A stretch of DNA of 63,687 nt, the filler included, from Pelomyxa schiedti (lineage: Eukaryota; Protista; Evosea), in NCBI GenBank assembly GCA_020536535.1. It is 18 parts of 18 records of this genome, joined end to end, with 100 filler letters (N's around TTAATTAATTAA, not from the genome) between each part and the next. Parts side by side here need not be neighbours in the genome. Positions count along the whole stretch, not along the records: positions 1 to 7,551 come from JAHLWZ010001353.1; positions 7,652 to 8,850 come from JAHLWZ010002706.1; positions 8,951 to 10,968 come from JAHLWZ010002173.1; 15 more parts are not named here. One strand, written 5' to 3'. This document shows positions 1-11,068 of the stretch, piece after piece (position 1 is the first letter of the stretch; each line of letters opens with the position of its first letter). Position numbers and translations under genes: made by a program. Below the pieces are notes generated by a model, which was not told the DNA's origin, did not search any database, and was given only the letters and a program-made list of their open reading frames with translations.

Positions 1-1368
1 GCATTTCGGCTGAGGATGGCCTGGTCCCAGCGGGCTTGAGGCACTCACTGATGAATGACGCGAGTTGAGGTGACACCTGCTCTGGGTTCTTGAGTGGTGG
101 AATGCCCTTCGTGGGGATGAGTAACAGTGCCCTCATTGGGTGGAGCTCCTGATACGGCACCTTGCCTTCCACCATCTCCATGCACAGATTCCCGGTGCTC
201 CACACGTCAGTGGTTGCAGTGTATTGTTGCCTTCGGTTGATATTTAGCCAGTGGACAACTGGAGAAAGGGGAGTTCATGGGAAAAGAAGAACCTGATGAG
301 TTCCGGGCTCATGTAGTATCTTCACAGGCATTAGATAATTTTTAATTGAGAGTGTTGGGTTTCATTTTCACTCACGGAGATCCTGCGACTGTACCTTGGG
401 GCCGACAAAGGCAGAAGTCTCTTGTATACACTACAGTAGTGTGAAACATCATGTGAGAGTGAAGTTTACCATGATCGGCAAGCCTGACGGCACCATCCAG
501 GGATAGCAGAACATTGCAGCTCTTGATATCTCTTGTTTAACACGTTAGTAAAAAAAAAGATAACTGTAAACGGAAATACCTGTGAATGTAAATCAAACCG
601 TGAATGTGTGCAAGGGCTTTCATGACACAAAGGAGTATCTTGTGAAGGGGAGTGTGTTAGCTCACTCGTTTATTTGTGCAATGCCTGTTTTTAAGTTGCT
701 GCTGCGGAGCAGGGGCCTGCATACATACGAAATTTGGTGTTCTGTGAGCTTCAATTCGGGAAAATGAGAAACCACATCGGTGAGGCATCCTCCAGACATG
801 AACTTGGAAAAGAAATATGTCAACGATTCAGAATGAATGAAAGTAATAACCTCGGTGACAATCCACAGATAATAACCAACCATGTAGCTCTCAATGAACT
901 CCACAATGTTCGGGTGCCTGCGTGCAATCATTGCACCAATCTTTGAATTGATTTTGTCCTCCTCTGGGTCCGATATTCGCCACAAAGCAACGTGTCGCCT
1001 TGACTCTTCATAGGCCTTGACACAGTCAAAAAAAAGACAGAATTTGGCAGTTGGCACACACACACACGCACACACGTCATCACACTCGCAAAACTAAATC
1101 CCCAATTCACCCCCGCATATGATGACAATGGCGTTACAGTGTGAGGGCACCCCCTGATGGGCCGTATCACAGCCTTCGCGTTCACCCTGCCCCACTGCTC
1201 GTGGTGGTGCTCACGGCGAGAGTCTTCGCCTTCACAATCAGCGGCCACGTCACACTCGTTCTGTTGGATCCGCGTGATCACATCGTCATCACCTGCCGTC
1301 GCCCAGGCATTACCGTCACATGACCCATCACATCGACTGCACGTCGTTATACGCCGGCGATCCATCAT
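1..1368 (-). CDS. STE20/PAK-like kinase-domain protein, copy A (multi-exon, 3' end runs off the window; probable pseudokinase)
   Basis: Spliced exons read HPNIVEFIESY-WIVTE|FMSGGCLTDVV, IHR|DIKSCNVLLSLDGAVRLADHG, GSP|YYMSPELIR and TTDVWSTGNLCMEMVEGKVPY. Introns are GT-AG. The start codon is uncertain. Confidence 0.85.
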
Positions 1369-1426
1369 CAGCCAAGGAACCGAAACGGTGATGGTTCTTG
1401 GAAAAATGTACAAACGCGTTTTTTCA

Positions 1427-2855
1427 TTAGTCAAACGGTAGTGTTGGTGATGGTGATGGGAGGGCAGCGGTGTTGTGGAGCCTGATGGCCATTTCAACAA
1501 CAGGAGCCAGTGACTGCGAACAACTGGCCTTGCTCAGGAACTCATGTGTGAGCATTTCGGCTGAGGATGGCCTGGTTTCAGCGGGCTTGAGGCACTCACT
1601 GATGAATGACGCGAGTTGAGGTGACACCTGCTCTGGGTTCTTGAGTGGCGGAATGCCCTTCGTGGGAATGAGGAACAGTGCCCTCATTGGGTGGATCTCC
1701 TGATATGGCACCTTGCCTTCCACCATCTCCATGCACAGAATCCCGGTGCTCCACACGTCAGTGGTTGCAGTGTATAGTTGCTCCCTTAGGTGGATATTAG
1801 CCAGTGGGCAGCTGCTGGAAAAGGAAAGATTACAGGGAATAACCTGATGAATTCTGGGCTCATGTAGTATCTTCACAGAAATTAGATAATGTGAGAGTGT
1901 GGTTTTCACTCACGGGGGTCTGATTCCATTCTCTGAGTCACCAGGCTGAAAAAGGCTTGGATATTCTTCAGAAAAGTACTGTTGGTGTGAAACAACATTT
2001 TAGAGTGAAGTTTACCAAAATCGACAAGCTTGACGGCACCATCCAGGGACAGCAGAACATTCCTGCTCTTGATGTCTCTTGTTTAACACGTTAGTAAATA
2101 AATAAAAGTTTAAAACGGAAATACCTGTGAATGTAATTCAAACTGTGAATATGCGCAAGGGCCTTCATGACACAAAGGATTACCTTGTGAAGAGGGGTGT
2201 GTTAACCCACTAGTTATTCTGTGGTGTGTGTTTCTGTTGTGGAGCAGGGGCCTGCATACATACGCAATTTGATGTTCTGTGATCTTCAATTCGGGAAAAT
2301 GAGAAACCACATCGGTGAGGCATCCTCCAGACATGAACTTGGAAAAGATAATTGTCAAATATTCATACTGACTAGAAACAATAACCTCGGTGACAATCCA
2401 CAAACAGTCTTCTGCCAGGTAGCTCTCAATGAACTCCACAATATTTGAGTGCCTGCGTGCAATCATTGCAGTAATTTTTGACTTAACTTTTTCTTCTCTG
2501 GGGCACATTTCCCAGATAGCCACAGCTTGCCTTGACTCTTTGTGAATACACCGAAACACTGGAAGTTCGTTAGGAATCATCTCCACTTCATCATACACCT
2601 GTATGCCATTGGAATGAGACAACCCAAACGCAACAATTGAATTACAAGGTGGGGGCACCCAATTGTGGATGACGTCATCGCGGGTTTTGTCTTATTCGGC
2701 GTTACGGAGGCAGCGTCCCCGCACTGACGCCGACATTCAATGATCGACTGTTGGATATGTGAGATCACGCACTTGCCAATGTCGTCCGGTGATGCTGCTC
2801 GGTGGAGGCCACTGAGCCCATGCCTACAACGACACGACAGTGAAACACCCCTCAT
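1427..2855 (-). CDS. STE20/PAK-like kinase-domain protein, copy B (multi-exon tandem paralog; probable pseudokinase)
   Basis: Exons read VAIWEM..HSNIVEFIESY, FMSGGCLTDVV, IHR|DIKSRNVLLSLDGAVKLVDFG, YYMSPEFIR and DVWSTGILCMEMVEGKVPY..RPSSAEMLTHEFL. Intron positions match copy A. Confidence 0.88.
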
Positions 2856-3023
2856 TGTTGTGTGTTTTTTCCCCTTTTCTCAGCCTTTTTGTTCAGAGAG
2901 ACGTTTTCCACCGGGCATGCCACACAAGAAAAAAGAGCTCAGGGTTCTTTGACTTGGCTGAGAGGGTTTCCAAAGTCAATGATTCCTTCTCGTAAGGCCC
3001 ATCACAATTTTATTTTGATCGAC

Positions 3024-3655
3024 ATGCTTGCGTTTTTGGTGTGGATCACATCGTTGGTAGCGGCAGGGGCTTTGATATGTCTCACCGTCGTTGCAGTAAC
3101 TTTTGTTTTTTTTTTTTGCTGTTCCTTTGCGAGCCATTAACTTTTTAAAAAAAAAAACAAGTTGATTGCATTTAGTGACTGCGAGAGCGATGATTTGAAC
3201 CCCATGGAGCTCGCTAAAACAGTCAACCTGTGTGTGCCAACTAACGTTTTCCAAATACAAACAAAATAACAATAAATAAATTATTATACAGATATGTATT
3301 GCCAGAATACCTTATATTCGGCGTAATGATGTCTTTGTTCCTGATTTCCGGACTATGGCTGGAGATACTGATCAACCTACCGTTGCTTGGTTTCCATTTG
3401 TACCAGTACACTTGTAAATATTCCGAAGCCCTACACTCACCGCGGTACTAGGTGGTGGTACCACAAAGAAAAGATTGATCCAACAAAGGTTTTCACTGAT
3501 ATGACACGCTATAAAATCGTGTATTTCTCCAAGCTCGGCTTCTTTATGCTGTGTTTTTTCTTTTACTTGTACAGGTAAGCCTAATATCTAAACCTCATTA
3601 CCCTAACAGTTCACTTAGATTCATCTACACCCTTGTTACTACATTGACATCGTAA
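3024..3655 (+). CDS. CNIH: Cornichon/Erv14 family ER-export cargo receptor (5 exons)
   Basis: Spliced product: MLAFLVWITSLVAAGALICLTVVA|LIAFSDCESDDLNPMELAKTVNL|YVLPEYLIFGVMMSLFLISGLWLEILINLPLLGFHLYQ|WWYHKEKIDPTKVFTDMTRYKIVYFSKLGFFMLCFFFYLYR|FIYTLVTTLTS*. It carries the cornichon hallmarks D-x-E-x-D-x-x-NP, VLPEY, DPT and KLGF..FFFYLY. Confidence 0.92.
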
Positions 3656-3995
3656 CATGACAAACGCAAACCAATCACCATTGACCCACTTCAACCTGGG
3701 ACAGGCAAGAAGTCTGTACCAAAAAAAAACCCACCACAGCATTCATAAATGTACCCTTTCACCTCTATTCAGAGTTATGAAGCATAACTCCTTTGCTTCT
3801 GGGTTTTTTGTTTTTTTCACAGTGCTGTAATTGTCGGGTCCTCAGGACCAATCAGTGTAGAGTGCTCCCCAACTCCACCTTCCCTTCTGAGTAATCAGTC
3901 TCACTTCGAAACACTAAAGAGAAAATCAGAAAACACGAAACCACAAAACACAAACACAAACACACAAGCCTCACACACAGGGCACTACTTCGCAC

Positions 3996-4864
3996 ATGTA
4001 TCAACAACAAGCAATCCCCATACAAACAGCGGCCGTTGCCCCGCCGCCGGCTCACAGCGAGACCGCCAACGCGGGGCCGGCGTGGCACTACGCGTGCCAG
4101 GCCGTGGCTGTGGACACGTTCAGGCAGCAGTCGGGCAGCAACGACCTCAAGGACTACGGCGCCTCGTCCGAGGACCAGCCGCCCAGGCCACTCCATCCCC
4201 CTGACCTCGCCGCTGCTTGTGCTTCGAAGAGGGAGGCTATAGCAAGGTACACTGCTGCCCCCGTGAAGTGCGCCCACTGCTCCGCGATGATTGACCCAAA
4301 GCACGTGGTGGAGCTCAGAAATGGGTATGCAGGGTGCTAAAAGCACACACACACATTTATATACACTTGAAGATTGGAATGGGTTCTATAAATTATACAA
4401 CAGAATTACTGTATCTGTGTATCTGATTATCACACCATAACAACAATCCAAATAGGGATGTCGCAAGATACTGCCGGGCGCCAGGGGGTTGTTCTCTCTC
4501 CCAGTTCATATTCATAATGCCATCACGCAGCGTAGCCAGGTTCGAGAAGGCCGCGTGCACATACACCCCAAACGCGGAGGACCTCGTCACACACCCCGCC
4601 CAGGCCACGGTCCCGCGCACAAACATGCCAATGATGCAGAGAATCGGGCCAGAGTGGCTGCTGGACCCCGCTTGCAACGCAAGCACCCCGGCTGCGGATA
4701 GGAGATTCCTGCACTGCGAGACGAGGTGCGCAAAGTGCGGGGTGAGTCTGGAGGACCACGTCAGGGGGTATGATGCCCACGGGTGGGTCATGAAGGGTGA
4801 CACCCAGGTGCCGCTCCCGGCTGATTGGCCAACTTGGAACCCAGCTACATCGTCCTGGTCTTGA
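3996..4864 (+). CDS. Hypothetical Cys-rich protein with CxxC pairs (2 exons; intron 4325-4455)
   Basis: ORF 3996-4324 joins in frame to 4456-4864 across GTATGC...AATAG. Motifs CAHC, CRAPGGC and CETRCAKC...H suggest zinc binding. Confidence 0.6.
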
Positions 4865-4989
4865 TCAAAAAAACAACAAAGAGAATTTTTGTTTTTTTTT
4901 AAGTAGCTAAGTCTCTTGGACTTGTGATGGATAGGAAGGTATCATCAGTAGGCAGGGCCTTGCGATCAATGGATATTTTAGCCTTAGGG

Positions 4990-6411
4990 TTAAAATGAGA
5001 TTACAGTGCACAGTGAGACCAAAAGTGGGCAAATGTCAATGTGACCAGAGGCAGTGAGGATGAGTGCCCCTGTTTCGGGGTCAGTCACAACGATGTCACA
5101 GCGTGCCAGGTCAGGACGTTCTCTTCTGCTGATAAACAGGCCTCCCTCAGCAATTAGATCACGAACTGAGGAGTCCACCTCAATTGCCCTCAGTGGTCTG
5201 CTGCCTGTTGCTGTGTGGTTGACATCCCAGATTTCCACTGGGCATGCACGGCTTTCTTTTGAAAAGGACACCACACAAAACAGTGAGTCTGACAGTTTCG
5301 AGGTGCTCACTTTCCAATCACCTCCTCTTCCTCCTTGGATGGGTAAAGGTAGAACGGAACCAACTCCCTCATCCACCTGAAAGACCGTTTGTGGCGTCAA
5401 TCGAAGGTAATGACAAGATGCAGAGAGGATAAAAGCACGAGAGCCGCTTCGTTTGGAGAGCACCAAAGTTTCGCCTATGAGAAAAGCAACTTTCCCCAAT
5501 TGGCACCTTGTGAAACTCAGCACCTTCAATCTCTTTGATGACCACGTTTGCCCAATATCAACCACTGTAATCTCTGCAATTGAGCCTGCAGCATCTTGGC
5601 AACAACCACTTTTATTGATGATGTTGCAGACAACACCCTCATCTTGATTTGTGTTGTTGAGAAAGATATTCAACATACCTCCCTCGTCGACAGTGATTGG
5701 CACATCGTCAACAAATGGTCCGGTCTCTGCACTCTTCGTTTGTTCCAATGCTGCAATCCTCAGGCTCTGCTTGTGAGGCTGCAGAACAACAAACCACTTT
5801 GGGTTCAGTGAGCTTCTGTCATGGGATCCACGATCCCTCACCAGCCACCATCCATACCGCCCCTCATGGTTCCTCAGGAACACTGAGGGCGAGTCCCCAT
5901 CACGGTGCACAGACAAGACCACATGGCTGCAGTTCGCGTTGATGGTGTCATACCGGGACCTTGGCGACACTGCCACACAGACCCAGTGCACCGGGTCGTC
6001 GTCGTCTTCGCGGCCAACCACAGAACCCAAGACGGCAGACACCCTGAACTGAGCCACACATCCCATAGACACAGAGAAAACCCTGGTGACTTCGACACAG
6101 TACTCCCACACCAGTCTGATGGCCAGGCACTGTTGGTTTTGTTGTTGATGATGGTGGTTGTAGTGGTTGTGGTGGTGATGTTTTTGGTGATGCCCGTGAC
6201 TGCCGCTGTGGCGGTTGCTGTGTTGGTGTTGGTTGCGGCTGCGCTCTTCCTGTTCTGGATTGTGGGATGTTGTGGGGTGCTTAGGCCGTGGCTGCTGATG
6301 TTGTTGCTGACGACAGCAACGAGGGTGTGTCATCATCAACAGCGACAAGACCTGGTCCCTCGCCTTCAACGAAACAGTCACTGACGGGTGCGCATGGTCT
6401 GCGTTCGTCAT
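4990..6411 (-). CDS. Lineage-specific expanded family 1 protein (N-terminal 'RDQ..L....HPRC' motif), intronless
   Basis: Long open ORF with ARDQVLSLLMMTHPRC, a His/Gln/Asn low-complexity tract, FRVSAVLGSVV and C-terminal IWDVN..RPLR..AEGGLF. These motifs recur in other ORFs in the window. Confidence 0.75.
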   Translation of the reverse strand: MTNADHAHPSVTVSLKARDQVLSLLMMTHPRCCRQQQHQQPRPKHPTTSHNPEQEERSRNQHQHSNRHSGSHGHHQKHHHHNHYNHHHQQQNQQCLAIRLVWEYCVEVTRVFSVSMGCVAQFRVSAVLGSVVGREDDDDPVHWVCVAVSPRSRYDTINANCSHVVLSVHRDGDSPSVFLRNHEGRYGWWLVRDRGSHDRSSLNPKWFVVLQPHKQSLRIAALEQTKSAETGPFVDDVPITVDEGGMLNIFLNNTNQDEGVVCNIINKSGCCQDAAGSIAEITVVDIGQTWSSKRLKVLSFTRCQLGKVAFLIGETLVLSKRSGSRAFILSASCHYLRLTPQTVFQVDEGVGSVLPLPIQGGRGGDWKVSTSKLSDSLFCVVSFSKESRACPVEIWDVNHTATGSRPLRAIEVDSSVRDLIAEGGLFISRRERPDLARCDIVVTDPETGALILTASGHIDICPLLVSLCTVISF

Positions 6412-6576
6412 CAAACAGAAGAAAAAAGTTGGTTTCTTTTCGGTTGCTGGTCCAACTGCTGGCAGACTGTGGTACTGAGATGAAAGTGCGAGAAAATTTC
6501 GGGTTATCATTCATACTGCAGGTGTTCACTGAGGGCACAGCTATCGTGCTATTCCAGATAGTGGATCTTCTCCGTG

Positions 6577-7551
6577 TCAAACACGTTTTTGTTTTTGGAG
6601 TTTTGGCGTTTTGAAGGGCAAAGTGGTGAGGGAACGCGGAAACATGCCAAGTGAGTGTGTGATGCTGAACAGTGTGCTGCCTGTGAAGGCGTCCACAAAT
6701 GTATGCCTTGTTGCAAGGAGGGCAGTTGAGTTCTGGTATGCCAACCCAAACCTGTTTTTGTAGAGTGTGCCACCTGGCAGACAGAGCCCCTTGTTGCCGG
6801 CAATGGAACTGACGGTCGAACTGCAGACCAACAGGCCGCTTCCAGCAACCACTGATTGTGTTCCTGGTGGGTGTAGGTGTGTGTAACACGGGATCAAGTG
6901 GTGGGTGTGATGCCATGATGATTCTGTTGTGCGAGGTCTCTTGGGTGCAGGTCCAGAAGCTGGTTTGGGGTTGCAGATTGAGGAAATGGAATACACAGAG
7001 GTTGAGCAGTGGTCCTCCTGCGTGACGCCAAGGTGTGACTCGTCAACTGCCTTCACTTGAAGCAACCCGGTGCTGTCTTCAAGCCACGTGATAGTCATCC
7101 CTGTGAGCAAGTCCAGCAGGTTTTGCTTCTCGGTGTACTGGGATGTAGTCATGAAGGGTAAGTAGTACTTCTTTTCCACCCTGTCTAGGAGGGGAGTGCA
7201 CAAGTCCTCTGGAGATACTCCGGCATTCGTCATGTTGCACTCGGCGACGCATTTTGGCTCTGTGACTGCGCCTTCCTTCCAAACAGTGTTAAGATCGAGG
7301 TGGAAACCCCTAAGAAACAACTGCCTATCCCGCACCTCAGTGGAGAACACTTCCAGGATATCAGACTCAGAGTCATACTCGCTGCCAGCAAAGAACCTCA
7401 GGGTCTGAATGTCTTTCAGCAGTTTGCAGTCAACTGTAGCCATATCCATGGCACCATTATCCGTGGTCCTCCACACACACATCAGATAATAACGATTATC
7501 ATCATGATTTTTGGACGCCAGCACAATCCACCTCTTGTTGCATGCAGCTGT
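6577..7551 (-). CDS. Hypothetical beta-rich protein, 5'-truncated by the contig end (related to 45210-45740; loosely family 1)
   Basis: Open ORF of more than 315 aa ending GSGLLVC..FVDAFTGSTLFSI, similar to SGLILS..LYDGVSGCVLGSF at 45210-45740. Confidence 0.6.
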   Translation of the reverse strand, partial: TAACNKRWIVLASKNHDDNRYYLMCVWRTTDNGAMDMATVDCKLLKDIQTLRFFAGSEYDSESDILEVFSTEVRDRQLFLRGFHLDLNTVWKEGAVTEPKCVAECNMTNAGVSPEDLCTPLLDRVEKKYYLPFMTTSQYTEKQNLLDLLTGMTITWLEDSTGLLQVKAVDESHLGVTQEDHCSTSVYSISSICNPKPASGPAPKRPRTTESSWHHTHHLIPCYTHLHPPGTQSVVAGSGLLVCSSTVSSIAGNKGLCLPGGTLYKNRFGLAYQNSTALLATRHTFVDAFTGSTLFSITHSLGMFPRSLTTLPFKTPKLQKQKRV

Positions 7552-7651
7552 NNNNNNNNNNNNNNNNNNNNNNNNNNNNNNNNNNNNNNNNNNNNTTAAT
7601 TAATTAANNNNNNNNNNNNNNNNNNNNNNNNNNNNNNNNNNNNNNNNNNNN
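7552..7651. other. Artificial contig linker (44N-TTAATTAATTAA-44N). The same linker starts at 8851, 10969, 13167, 14557, 15713, 28504, 37774, 42561, 43743, 45110, 46953, 49587, 55138, 56593, 58778 and 61518
   Basis: An identical 100-nt structure occurs 17 times. TTAATTAATTAA places stop codons in all six frames. Confidence 0.98.
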
Positions 7652-7652
7652 T

Positions 7653-7991
7653 TTCCTTCCGGGCCCGGTTACCGTTGTCGTACAGGTACGGAAATGCGTA
7701 CCGGAGATTCTCACCGGAGGCACCAGTCTCATAGGGGTCAGGATACCCGCAAACGATCTGGCACTGCGGATCATCGAGGGTTTCGATGCCCCCATCACCG
7801 CAACGAGTGCAAACGTTCATGGAGGGAATGACCCGAAGACCAGGGAGGAGGTATCCGTACCGTACGAGTATTTTGTTGACGGAGGCAGGCTCCCCGGAAC
7901 ACCAAGTACCGTCGTGGACCTTGTTGCAAAAACAATTATCCGCAGGGGGGCGCTCGCGGATACCATAGACGCATTTCTCAAAAACCTGTGA
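7653..7991 (+). CDS. sua5: L-threonylcarbamoyladenylate synthase (Sua5/YrdC/TsaC), C-terminal part; prokaryotic, probably archaeal
   Basis: Not in the ORF track because it has no start codon. It reads FLPGPVTVVV..LTGGTSLIGVRIPANDLAL..PITATSANVHG..FVDGGRLPGTPSTVVDL..IIRRGA*, giving the PGP-x-T, G-x-RIP, TSAN and PSTVVD YrdC motifs. Confidence 0.93.
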   Translation, partial: FLPGPVTVVVQVRKCVPEILTGGTSLIGVRIPANDLALRIIEGFDAPITATSANVHGGNDPKTREEVSVPYEYFVDGGRLPGTPSTVVDLVAKTIIRRGALADTIDAFLKNL

Positions 7992-7999
7992 GCTCTCCC

Positions 8000-8850
8000 A
8001 TGGACCAGGTACGTCTCCGCGATTTTGTTGAGGATGAAGACGGGTTGCTGTACGCGGTCTCGACCTATGATAACTCCGATACCATCGGGTGCGTCCTCCG
8101 CTATGTGCCCGAAGACGATGGCGAAAGAGTCAATCCGGAAGGCAGGCGATACACAAAATACGATTTTGATGATGCGTACGCCTTCATCGCCCGGAACAGA
8201 CCGCAGTATGCCGGCCTCCTCCACCGGATTCCTTACCGGGATGCAAAAAAGATCCTGAAACCCGAAAGGGAACTCACCCGCATCGCCCGGGACCACCCCC
8301 GGGTCCGGAGACTGATCGATCTCTTCGGGCTCCCCGCCGGATCGGTCGGATGCACCGGCTCGCTCCTCTGCCAGCTCGATAACGAGACTTCCGATATTGA
8401 TATGGTTATATACGGGAAGGAATGGTTCAGAGCGCAGAGGTGGGTAAGAGATGGGATTCTCGAAGGAAAAATCGAGGGGCTCTCACCGGATATGTGGCGC
8501 AAAATTTATAATAAGCGCAGGCCGGAGATCCCGTACGATCACTTTGTCCTTCACGAGTTGCGGAAATGGAATCGCGGCCAGATCGAAGGTACCTATTTCG
8601 ATATCCTGTACACGCGATCGTACGAGGATCTCGGGACCGCCCCTTCGGGAAAAGGAACCGTGATCGGGAAGCTGACTATCGAAGCCAGGGTCACGAACGC
8701 TTCTCTTGCATTCGATAACCCCGCAGTCTATGAAGTTGAACACCCGGTCGTGAGCCGGGTCCTCTCCTTCACTCATACGTACAGCGGCCAGGCATTCAAA
8801 GGCGAGATTATCGAGGCCCGGGGGATATGCGAGCGGCACGGGAACGAAGC
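8000..8850 (+). CDS. Archaeal Pol-beta-superfamily nucleotidyltransferase domain protein (COG1665-like), 3'-truncated
   Basis: RLRDFV..LRYVP N-terminus, GCTGS..SDIDMVIYG NTase signature, HELRKWNRG and SFTHTYSGQA..GEIIEARG. It is intronless and starts 8 bp after the sua5 stop, an operon-like arrangement. Confidence 0.82.
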
Positions 8851-8950
8851 NNNNNNNNNNNNNNNNNNNNNNNNNNNNNNNNNNNNNNNNNNNNTTAATT
8901 AATTAANNNNNNNNNNNNNNNNNNNNNNNNNNNNNNNNNNNNNNNNNNNN

Positions 8951-10791
8951 AGTGCATTTGTGTTTCCTTTGATTTGGTCTCCTGTCACGTGGTAATTTTC
9001 AATCATCCACTTCACGGTTTTGCTTGACGAGACAACGCTGGACAAATCAGTCAAACTTGCAGCCACTTCTGACTGGGTGAATTCACCGAGCGAAGCCATC
9101 TGTTGTGCTGTCTTCAGGTCAAAACTGCTGAGATAAGAGCACACCCGTTTCCACACTGGAAATGGGTGCTCTGTTCCATGAGGGATGTGGAATTTCTCCA
9201 GCAAAAACATTGCTCCGCTGTTGTTTCCACACACCAGACAGAATCCAAGTGCCTGGGCAACCTCACGTTGTTCAATTTGCTCAGCTGGAATGTGTTGAAG
9301 AATCCATTTCAATCCCACACACCCCTGAAAAAGACCAACCATCTCCAGGTTTGGGTAGAGTGACGCATCAGAATAAGGCACTGCCCTTCTTCCTTTTGCG
9401 CAATGGTGGAATGTTTCTTCCAACCAGTCAGCAATTGCAATGTTCCCCTCAACAAGTGCCGCTTCAATAGGCCGCTGTGAAGCACCAAATACCTGTGTGT
9501 GGTTTGCATTCCTCTGAAACGCGAACTTCACCACTTCCAGACTGTCCTTTTTGTTCCGGACAGTTGAAGCAGAGTACCTCAGGGTGAGAGGCTCGTGAAG
9601 GTCATCAACAATCCACTGCAGAAGCTTCACATCGCAAATGTCACGGATTGCCACAAACAAACACCTCCTCGGTGACCCCAAGCCACTCTGCAACAGCCAC
9701 CTCATGGTCTTCTCCTCGTTTGGGCAAATCAACTCCCACACCAGTTTCGGAAACTGCTGTGCCAACCACATGCAACCTTCAACGTGCTCATCAGCCGTCA
9801 CCTTGCTCTTCAGGAATTCCTTCACTACGCGGTGCATCAAGGCTCTGGTGAAACTGGGGAATAGCCCGAAGCACCACTTCATCACATCGAGATTTCCACC
9901 CCTTGCAGCACACAGTGGTGCGAGTATTCCATGCTTCAGCACATCGTTTGCTGCCCTGACATCAATGAGACCAGAAATCCACTGGGCCACGTCGAGGTGG
10001 CCGCCCCTCAGGGCACCAAGGAACGGGAAATACAGCTCCCACTGCTCCACCCCGAACCTCGTCACGATCCACCTCCCCACGGCCAGGTGGCCGGCCCGGC
10101 ACACCCTGCTCAGAATGGAGTCCTGGTCACTCTCGGTATCGCCGCCCTTTCCCCCTCCGCTGGCCACCGCGTCCCTCACATCCAAGTCACCAGACAACGG
10201 CGGCACCATCGCCAGACCGGCGTCCCGAGCCCAGCGGCTTCGTGGTGTGGTTCCGCACCCAGGCGGGAAGCTGGAGCTGGTCTCGCCCCACAGCTCCGTG
10301 GCTGCGCCCAGGTGCCCCCCCACGCACAGCCCCCACAGCACAGCCAGCTCCTCCCTCCTCCTCCTCCCCCTCTCCCCAGTGCGATGCCCCAGCAGCCACC
10401 TCACGCACCTCCCCCGCTCCCTCTCCCTCTCGCCAGTGCTCCCGCTCCCTCTGCCGCCCCCACTTCCTCCCCCAGCCATGGCTGCGCACTCCAGGGCGAA
10501 GTAGGAGGACCGGAGGCCACCGCCGCTGGCGGGCTCGCGGGGGCCCGAGGCGGCCAATACGGCACGGCAGGCGCGGGGAACGAGGGGGAACAGGGCCTCG
10601 GCCACAGCCATGGCCCACACGCACTTTGCCCTGCTTGGCGGGCGTGTTTCCCTGTCGGGGTATTCGTGGGGGTGCGGGTGCTGTGGTGCGATTGTGGGAG
10701 CCAACACGTGGTCCCACACCAATCTTGAGATCGACATCACCCTGCGCGCCTCGTCGTTGTCGACAGCGTTACGTTCGGTGGTCGTGTACAT
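8951..10791 (-). CDS. Lineage-specific expanded family 2 protein with degenerate ankyrin-like repeats, intronless, 3'-truncated
   Basis: ORF of more than 600 aa with N-terminal SISRLVWDHV..AEALFPLV, then LWGLCVGGHL and repeats RVCRAGHLAVGRW, ALRGGHLDVAQW, AARGGNLDVMKW and ALVEGNIAIADW. Confidence 0.8.
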
Positions 10792-11068
10792 TCTTTTCTG
10801 ACTGAAGACTGTAAAATAGTGAACTACTATGAACAAAAACAAATTATTTTTTTCCTCCCTTTGGTTACAAAGATCAAGTGCGTTTAAACGCGTGGCACGC
10901 AGGGCAATGCTGTCAACGCCGTTTAGCTTTCCGCAACTTGGCATTAGATTTAGAATCGCTATTCTAAGNNNNNNNNNNNNNNNNNNNNNNNNNNNNNNNN
11001 NNNNNNNNNNNNTTAATTAATTAANNNNNNNNNNNNNNNNNNNNNNNNNNNNNNNNNNNNNNNNNNNN

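Noticed and set aside
3387-3578. DPTKVF read as a PAK kinase N-terminal fragment
   Set aside because: The spliced context shows it is the DPT motif of cornichon.
7652-8850. Horizontal transfer of archaeal genes into the protist genome
   Set aside because: The contig is bounded by linkers on both sides, with no physical link to host DNA and no introns.
9638-10805. Long plus-strand ORFs opposite the ankyrin-like gene (similar cases at 25778-26517 and 57900-58601)
   Set aside because: They are antisense shadows caused by high GC and scarce stop codons.
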